A stretch of 40,356 nt of DNA, taken from NCBI GenBank assembly GCA_964202465.1, contig CAXNIQ010000001.1, forward strand, positions 1 to 40,356, in the 5' to 3' direction. The notes beneath the pieces were generated by a model. That model did no database searches. It was not told the DNA's origin and saw only the letters and a program-made list of their open reading frames with translations. Each line of letters begins with the position of its first letter. Position 1 is the first letter of the stretch. Shown here piece after piece: positions 35,201 through 40,356 of this stretch. The translations under genes and the position numbers were made by a program. Source of the DNA: Ilumatobacteraceae bacterium. Its GTDB lineage: Bacteria; Actinomycetota; Acidimicrobiia; Acidimicrobiales; Ilumatobacteraceae.

Positions 35201-36184
35201 GTGACTGTGACAACACTTGACGAGCAGATGATGCGACTAGCAGTAGATACTGCTGTCGATGCACGCTTGCGTAGTCGTCCAAACCCATGGGTTGGCGCTG
35301 TCGTTGTTGCAACTGATGGTCAGGTTTTCTGTGGCGCAACATTGCAACCAGGCGAGGCGCACGCCGAAGTTGTGGCGCTAGAAGCTGCCAGCCACAACGC
35401 TCATGGAGCCACGTTGTACACCACGCTCGAACCGTGCAGCCATACTGGAAGAACCGGCCCATGCACACAAGCAATCATTGATGCCAAAATTGCTCGTGTA
35501 GTCGTAGGCGTCATCGACCCAGACAAACAAGTTGCAGGCAACGGAATCAAGCAGTTGCAAGATGCTGGTATCACTGTCGATGTTGGTATCGAACAATCTC
35601 TTGTTGCACAACAACTTGCACCATACTTACATCACCGTCGCACGGGCAGACCATATGTCATTCTGAAGATGGCAATGACGCTCGACGGTCGCGTTGCGAT
35701 GCCAGATAGTTCGCAGTGGATTACGAGCGAGACCGCACGCAAGCGCGTGCACCAGCTGCGGGCGCAAAGCGACGCAATCTTGGTTGGCGCAGGCACGGTG
35801 CGCGCCGACAATCCATCGCTCACAACTCGCGACGTTCACGGTCCATCACCCCGACGCGTTGTGCTTGGCCGCGTCTCTCCAATCGACAAAGTAAACCCCT
35901 GCCTCGAGTGGAATGGGTCGCTTCCCGACCTTCTCGACACACTTGGTAGCGAAGGCGTCATCCAGTTGATGGTCGAAGGTGGACCGCGAGTTGCTACTTC
36001 GTTTCATAACGAGCAACTCATCAATCAATACGTATTCCATCTCGCACCAATCATCGCTGGTGGTAGCGAATCACCGAATGCACTTGCCGCTTCAACCGAC
36101 ATGTCGTCAATGATGAACGGTCACATTGTTTCGACCCAAGTTCTCGATAACGACATCGAAATCATCCTCGAACCAACTTTTTAA
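35201..36184 (+). CDS. ribD: Bifunctional diaminohydroxyphosphoribosylaminopyrimidine deaminase / 5-amino-6-(5-phosphoribosylamino)uracil reductase
   Basis: 327 aa with a GTG start. Deaminase zinc motifs HAEVVALEAA and TLEPCSHTGRTGPC. The C-terminal part is reductase-like (ILVGAGTVRADNPSLT). Confidence 0.92.
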   Translation: MTVTTLDEQMMRLAVDTAVDARLRSRPNPWVGAVVVATDGQVFCGATLQPGEAHAEVVALEAASHNAHGATLYTTLEPCSHTGRTGPCTQAIIDAKIARVVVGVIDPDKQVAGNGIKQLQDAGITVDVGIEQSLVAQQLAPYLHHRRTGRPYVILKMAMTLDGRVAMPDSSQWITSETARKRVHQLRAQSDAILVGAGTVRADNPSLTTRDVHGPSPRRVVLGRVSPIDKVNPCLEWNGSLPDLLDTLGSEGVIQLMVEGGPRVATSFHNEQLINQYVFHLAPIIAGGSESPNALAASTDMSSMMNGHIVSTQVLDNDIEIILEPTF

Positions 36185-36200
36185 CAGCGAAGGAAACACT

Positions 36201-37478
36201 ATGGACACCACCCAACATTCACGCGACAACGGCATGGCCCCTATTCAAGACGTCATTGCCGCAATTGCCCGTGGCGAGATGGTCGTGATGGTCGACGATG
36301 AAGACCGAGAAAACGAAGGCGACCTGATCATGGCCGCTCAGTTTGCAACCGCTGAAAAGATTGCATTCATTGTGCGCCATACATCTGGAGTGGTTGTTGC
36401 TCCCCTTTCCGGTGAGCGCTGCGACGAGCTACGCCTGCCACTCATGGTCGACCACAACACCGAGAGCCATCGCACCGCATTCACAATCTCGGTCGATATT
36501 TTAGAAGGCACAACCACTGGCATCTCTGCAGCCGATCGGGCGGCAACATTGCGCGGCTTGGCCGACCCAACTGTGACGCATGGGGCATTTGCCCGCCCTG
36601 GTCATATCTTTCCGCTGCGTGCTCGCGAAGGTGGCGTACTGAAGCGAGCAGGTCACACTGAAGCCGCGGTCGACTTGGCACGCATGGCCGGTTGCCAACC
36701 AGCAGGCATTATTTGTGAAATCCAAAACGACGATGGCACAATGTCTCGATTGCCAGACCTGCGCAAGTTTGCGACCGAACACAACCTGTTGCTGTCGTCT
36801 ATTGCAGACTTGATCAATTACCGCCGCCACAATGAGCGACTTGTCGAGCGCGTAGGCTCAGCGGCCGTCCCCACCGAATGGGGTGGATTCACGTGCGTTG
36901 CATATCGCAACACTGTTGACGACATTGAGCATCTTGCATTTGTAAAAGGAACCATCGATGACGGCAAGCCCGTGCTCACACGAGTGCACAGCGAGTGTCT
37001 CACCGGCGACGTATTTGGTAGCAAGCGCTGCGACTGCGGCCCACAACTTGCTACAGCGATGCAACGAATTGATGCAGAAGGTCGCGGCGTTGTTGTGTAC
37101 TTACGCGGCCACGAAGGACGTGGCATCGGCATTGGCCACAAGATTCGCGCGTACTCATTGCAAGACCAAGGCTTCGACACAGTAGATGCAAATACCGAAC
37201 TGGGTTTGCCTGTTGACAGTCGTGAATACGGTATCGGGGCACAAATATTGGCCGATCTCGGAGTCAGCGAGTTGCGCCTCATGACCAACAACCCTGCAAA
37301 ATACGGCGGCATCGCTGGCTACGGACTCTCCATTGTCGAGCGAGTTTCGCTCAGCATTGCAGAGACTCCAGAAAATGCTTCGTACTTGCGCACCAAGCGC
37401 GACCGCATGGGTCACGTCTTTGACGGATCAGATATCGACAAAGCAAAGAAACAGCCAAACGAGAAGAGTAAATCATGA
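36201..37478 (+). CDS. ribBA: Bifunctional 3,4-dihydroxy-2-butanone-4-phosphate synthase / GTP cyclohydrolase II
   Basis: ORF 36126..37478, trimmed to the ATG at 36201, which has GAAGGAAA upstream. It carries DDEDRENEGDLIMAAQ (DHBP synthase) and HSECLTGDVFGSKRCDCGPQL (GCH II zinc site). Confidence 0.93.
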   Translation: MDTTQHSRDNGMAPIQDVIAAIARGEMVVMVDDEDRENEGDLIMAAQFATAEKIAFIVRHTSGVVVAPLSGERCDELRLPLMVDHNTESHRTAFTISVDILEGTTTGISAADRAATLRGLADPTVTHGAFARPGHIFPLRAREGGVLKRAGHTEAAVDLARMAGCQPAGIICEIQNDDGTMSRLPDLRKFATEHNLLLSSIADLINYRRHNERLVERVGSAAVPTEWGGFTCVAYRNTVDDIEHLAFVKGTIDDGKPVLTRVHSECLTGDVFGSKRCDCGPQLATAMQRIDAEGRGVVVYLRGHEGRGIGIGHKIRAYSLQDQGFDTVDANTELGLPVDSREYGIGAQILADLGVSELRLMTNNPAKYGGIAGYGLSIVERVSLSIAETPENASYLRTKRDRMGHVFDGSDIDKAKKQPNEKSKS

Positions 37479-37939
37479 CCACATTCGAGGGTTCGCACGA
37501 CGGAAAAGACATGCGCGTAGGCATTGTGTGCTCGCGTTTCAACGAGTTCATTGTCACGGCTTTACTCGACGGCGCAAAGCGTGGTTTGAGTGCGAATGGT
37601 GTGAGTGAAAGCAACATTGATGTTGTGTGGGTTCCAGGTGCATTCGAGATTCCCATCGCCACAAAAGCCATGGCAACAAGTGGTCGCTACGACACACTCG
37701 TCACTCTTGGCGCTGTTATCCGTGGCGAAACAGCGCATTTCGAGTACGTTGCTGGCCCAGTTGCCGACTCAATCGCACAGATTCAGCTCGAGACAGGCAT
37801 GCCAATCGGCTTCGCTGTTCTTACTGTTGAAAATGTCGAGCAGGCAGTTGAGCGATCGGGTCCAGGCGCTGGCAACAAGGGTGAAGAGGCCGCAATCGGA
37901 GCCATCGAAATGGCCAATGTGCTGAAAGCACTGCGCTAA
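37475..37939 (+). CDS. ribH: 6,7-dimethyl-8-ribityllumazine synthase
   Basis: 154 aa. Its start overlaps the ribBA stop (ATGA). Motifs: VGIVCSRFNEFI, VWVPGAFEIP, GAVIRGETAHFEYV. Confidence 0.93.
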   Translation: MTTFEGSHDGKDMRVGIVCSRFNEFIVTALLDGAKRGLSANGVSESNIDVVWVPGAFEIPIATKAMATSGRYDTLVTLGAVIRGETAHFEYVAGPVADSIAQIQLETGMPIGFAVLTVENVEQAVERSGPGAGNKGEEAAIGAIEMANVLKALR

Positions 37940-37955
37940 ACATTTTTTGCACAAC

Positions 37956-38007
37956 TGCGGCCCTTGCCGCACACATTGGCCCAACTCACAAGAAATCCCT
38001 TGTGAGT
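37956..38007 (+). terminator. Two hairpins between ribH and the PLA2 gene (rib operon 3' end or PLA2 5' regulatory structure)
   Basis: Hairpin 1: tgcggc (37956-37961) / gccgca (37966-37971), 4-nt loop. Hairpin 2: actcacaag (37984-37992) / cttgtgagt (37999-38007), 6-nt loop. Neither is followed by a U tract. The second ends just before the GAAAGG RBS of the PLA2 gene. Confidence 0.35.
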
Positions 38008-38021
38008 GAAAGGCGAACGTT

Positions 38022-38486
38022 ATGGGCACTGTGCTCAGCATGCTCGTTGCGGTCACGAGCGTGTTGCCCGCCCAACTTCCCCCAATTGTTGTGACTATCA
38101 CACAACCCAATTCCGCTTTATCCACTATTGAGGCGGTGCGCCATATCGAGTTTGACCTCGACATCACCACATTCGCACGACAACGATCTTCATTACGACG
38201 TCAATATCCCACTCTCGACTGGACAACCGACGGTTGCTCCGCGCCAATTGTGGGAAGCGAAGGAAAATCGTTCAACTTTCGATCGGCGTGTGATCGACAT
38301 GACTTTGGCTATCGAAACTTTAAGAATCTTGGTCTCTTTGATACCTCGACAAGAACACTGATCGACGAGCAGTTGCACCGAGACATGAATACCTATTGCG
38401 ACTCTCAGCGCCGCACATTTAAGGTGCGATGTATTGCGTGGTCCGAACTCTTTTACACGATGGTGCGTGCAGCTGGAGGGCCGTGA
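38022..38486 (+). CDS. Secreted prokaryotic-type phospholipase A2 (Streptomyces violaceoruber PLA2 family)
   Basis: 154 aa with a hydrophobic N-terminus. The core DWTTDGCSAP...FNFRSACDRHDFGYRNFKNLGLFD...IDEQLHRDMNTYC...VRCIAWSELFYTMV lines up, from memory, with the Streptomyces PLA2 sequence DWSTDLCTQAP...FNTACARHDFGYRNYKAAGSFD...IDSAFYEDMKRVC. That includes the HD catalytic dyad and four Cys. Confidence 0.8.
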   Translation: MGTVLSMLVAVTSVLPAQLPPIVVTITQPNSALSTIEAVRHIEFDLDITTFARQRSSLRRQYPTLDWTTDGCSAPIVGSEGKSFNFRSACDRHDFGYRNFKNLGLFDTSTRTLIDEQLHRDMNTYCDSQRRTFKVRCIAWSELFYTMVRAAGGP

Positions 38487-39149
38487 CTAATCGGCAAGAC
38501 CAATAGAGATGATTTGATACAGCATTCGGCCGGTGGCACCCCAGATCGTTTCGTCATCCAGATGAAAAAAGTGGAAACGATATTGATTTGGTGGTTCGCC
38601 CCACTGCTCTTCCGCATACGTATCAATGCGCACCAAGTCGGCCACTGGCACTGTAAAAACCCTGTCTACTTCGGCATTGCGCGCGTGCAGTGAAGGCTTG
38701 TCTTTCAAAAAACCCACGATGGGCACGATGTGGCTCTTGCTCACATAAGTATTGAGCGGAGTGAGCTGACCGATGATCTCAACATGGTTCGGGTCGAGAT
38801 CGATTTCTTCGTGTGCCTCGCGCAATGCGGCTTCGAGTGCGCTCTCGCCACTGTCTAGGCGTCCACCCGGAAACGAGATCTCGCCTTTGTGATTGGTGAG
38901 ATCTTGTGATCTGCGAGTAAACACCAGCTCTGGACCAAACTCGCCGTTGAATAGTGGAATCAACACAGCCGAAGCGCGTGCGTCTTGTGCTGGAGACACA
39001 TGCGGCACCGATGCAGAAAACTTCTTGATGCGCTCGATCAGCAGTTCGGTTGAGCGCAACACCGAATGGTCAAGGTTGCTAAATGGACTATTTGGCCGCA
39101 CCCACACCGATGTTGGGCGAGGAATTATTTGATCACCACCAGGTCGCAT
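38487..39149 (-). CDS. NUDIX hydrolase, CoA pyrophosphatase (NudL-like) type
   Basis: 220 aa. VFTRRSQDLTNHKGEISFPGGRLDSGESALEAALREAHEEIDL combines the Nudix box with the upstream CoAse-type motif (LxTxRSxxxRxxxGxxxFPGG). Confidence 0.8.
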   Translation of the reverse strand: MRPGGDQIIPRPTSVWVRPNSPFSNLDHSVLRSTELLIERIKKFSASVPHVSPAQDARASAVLIPLFNGEFGPELVFTRRSQDLTNHKGEISFPGGRLDSGESALEAALREAHEEIDLDPNHVEIIGQLTPLNTYVSKSHIVPIVGFLKDKPSLHARNAEVDRVFTVPVADLVRIDTYAEEQWGEPPNQYRFHFFHLDDETIWGATGRMLYQIISIGLAD

Positions 39150-39160
39150 GGTGGCGTTGT

Positions 39161-39328
39161 TTATGCGGCTGGCTTCCAGCCAGTTGCATGAAGTTGCTTG
39201 AGTACTTCGTCAAGACCAGCAGTCTTCAAGTTGGCAAGGGTTTTTCCTGGCATCTCTTCGCCCTTTTCCCATGTTTGCCACGCGAGCAATATCTTGTCCA
39301 TATCTGGCTGTGGTTGCTCAAAACTCAT
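39161..39328 (-). CDS. Hypothetical small soluble protein (55 aa)
   Basis: ORF 39161..39454 would overlap the upstream gene. I trimmed it to the ATG at 39328 (MSFEQPQPDMDKILLAWQTWEKGEEMPGKTLANLKTAGLDEVLKQLHATGWKPAA), which lies 10 nt after the upstream stop. I recognise no family. Confidence 0.45.
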   Translation of the reverse strand: MSFEQPQPDMDKILLAWQTWEKGEEMPGKTLANLKTAGLDEVLKQLHATGWKPAA

Positions 39329-39338
39329 GTCGTAGAGC

Positions 39339-39722
39339 CTAACGATGGCGTCGCAGATTAAGACGTGGAGTGCGTGCTTCGCTTGGAGGCTTCTTGGCAA
39401 AGTTGGTGCCCAACACGATGATGCCTTCAACAAGCCCGAGCGCGATGAGCGCAAGTCGTCCTATTGAGTCCAAATCTGCGACCACTGCTGCTACAAAACA
39501 CATGATGATGATCAGCCAGTCGATGTTTCGGTGCACACGGCGACTCACCCACTTAAATGCGCTTAAGCCACCGTCCGCAATCGCAGCGTTTGTCAGCAAC
39601 GCGATGCCAAGTGCAACAGGCACTGCTGGTGATTGTGATTGGGCCGACATCATGATCAGGCCGCCGGCAATGCCGTATTCAACAAGTTGATGAAGCCAGA
39701 AACCTCTACCCTGCGCAGCCAT
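39339..39722 (-). CDS. Hypothetical integral membrane protein (about 4 TM)
   Basis: 127 aa with hydrophobic segments (YGIAGGLIMM, VPVALGIALLTNAAI, WLIIIMCFVAAVVA, LALIALGLVEGIIVLG). I recognise no family. Confidence 0.55.
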   Translation of the reverse strand: MAAQGRGFWLHQLVEYGIAGGLIMMSAQSQSPAVPVALGIALLTNAAIADGGLSAFKWVSRRVHRNIDWLIIIMCFVAAVVADLDSIGRLALIALGLVEGIIVLGTNFAKKPPSEARTPRLNLRRHR

Positions 39723-39747
39723 GAATGAAGACTCTAGTTGTTGGGGT

Positions 39748-39788
39748 AAAAATAAAAATGCCTCGGGTTTTCACCCGAGGCATTTTTG
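39748..39788 (-). terminator. Strong rho-independent terminator downstream of groEL (symmetrical, potentially bidirectional)
   Basis: 11-bp perfect stem atgcctcgggt (39758-39768) / acccgaggcat (39773-39783) with a 4-nt loop. On the minus strand it is followed by TTTTTATTTTT, and on the plus strand by TTTT (39784-39787). Confidence 0.85.
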
Positions 39789-39816
39789 TAATTCTGTAGA
39801 GCGTGTAGAAAATGAT

Positions 39817-40356
39817 TTACATCATCCCCATGCCGCCGCCGGGCATGCCGCCGCCTGCTGGTGCGCCATTCTTTTCTGGCTTGTCAGCAACGAGACACTC
39901 GGTCGTGATCACCAATGCTGCGATCGACGCCGCGTTTTGCAACGCTGCACGTGTCACCTTGGCTGGGTCGATGATGCCGGCCTTGACAAGGTCGACGTAT
40001 TCGCCAGTTGCAGCATTGAGTCCGATTGAACCCTTTTCTGATTCGATGCGCTGGATGGCAACTGCGCCTTCCATGCCTGCGTTGTCAGCAATGTGACGAG
40101 CAGGTGCGGTTAATGAGTCGTACACGCTGCGCGCGCCAGTTGCTTCGTCGCCAGTGAGCGACTCGACAACCTTAAGCACTGCTGGGCGTGCGCGGATGAG
40201 TGCAGTTCCGCCACCGGCGACAACACCTTCTTCAATCGCTGCACGAGTTGCAGAAACAGCATCTTCGATGCGGTGCTTCTTTTCCTTGAGCTCGACTTCA
40301 GTTGCTGCACCGACTTTGATCACTGCAACACCGCCGGCCAACTTGGCCAAACGCTC
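39817..40356 (-). CDS. groEL: Chaperonin GroEL, C-terminal 179 codons; the N-terminus runs off the right edge
   Basis: The frame is open to the window end ([33 protein letters not shown]...VVAGGGTAL...). It ends with the typical [14 protein letters not shown] tail. The M at 40350 in the ORF track is an internal TTG. Confidence 0.95.
   Translation of the reverse strand, partial: ERLAKLAGGVAVIKVGAATEVELKEKKHRIEDAVSATRAAIEEGVVAGGGTALIRARPAVLKVVESLTGDEATGARSVYDSLTAPARHIADNAGMEGAVAIQRIESEKGSIGLNAATGEYVDLVKAGIIDPAKVTRAALQNAASIAALVITTECLVADKPEKNGAPAGGGMPGGGMGMM

Noticed and set aside
1-40356. Window-wide look for CRISPR arrays, tRNA/rRNA genes, IS elements, integrases, and prophage or defence-island hallmarks
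   Set aside because: I saw no regularly spaced direct repeats and no tRNA-like T-arm/acceptor patterns in any intergenic region longer than 60 nt. I saw no transposase, recombinase or phage-like ORFs. This was done by eye, so short or degenerate elements could have been missed.

Overview
This 40.4-kb chromosomal segment reads like core Actinomycetota genome. Supporting signs: the pcrA-sucCD neighbourhood known from mycobacteria, a HelD-type helicase, an LDH-like malate dehydrogenase, GroEL with a GGM tail, Thr-rich linkers after lipoprotein signals, several GTG starts, and roughly mid-50s % GC by eye (not computed). I call 41 protein genes (helD and groEL are cut by the window edges), one FMN riboswitch in front of a ribD-ribBA-ribH operon, and a few hairpin terminators. 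I found no rRNA, tRNA, CRISPR array, transposase, integrase or phage gene. Layout by region: (1) 0-4 kb: helD, two unassignable exported proteins and ybaK. (2) 4.6-12.1 kb: a run of hydrolases, namely FAH, D-aminoacylase, Cys-type arylsulfatase plus a DinB-like protein, an MBL-fold protein and a haloalkane dehalogenase. (3) 12-19 kb: capA, amt, an HNH-Nudix pair, a class III aminotransferase, asparaginase II and a nucleoside hydrolase. (4) 19-29 kb: M23 peptidase, mdh, an OafA-like acyltransferase, sucDC, a stand-alone B12-binding domain, pcrA and a P450. (5) 29-40 kb: yaaA, dienelactone hydrolase, NlpC/P60, guaA, an EamA transporter, the rib operon, a prokaryotic phospholipase A2, a CoA-pyrophosphatase-type Nudix and the groEL 3' end. 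I did not find a convincing new multi-gene system (defence, secretion or biosynthetic). The best leads are modest: the exported gene pair at 1.9-3.4 kb; a nested-stem RNA candidate in the guaA/EamA intergenic region; the sulfatase-DinB operon without a formylglycine-generating enzyme (FGE); the secreted PLA2; and several unusually tight gene couplings (P450-pcrA, sucD-acyltransferase, HNH-Nudix). All family assignments come from motif recognition by eye, not from searches.
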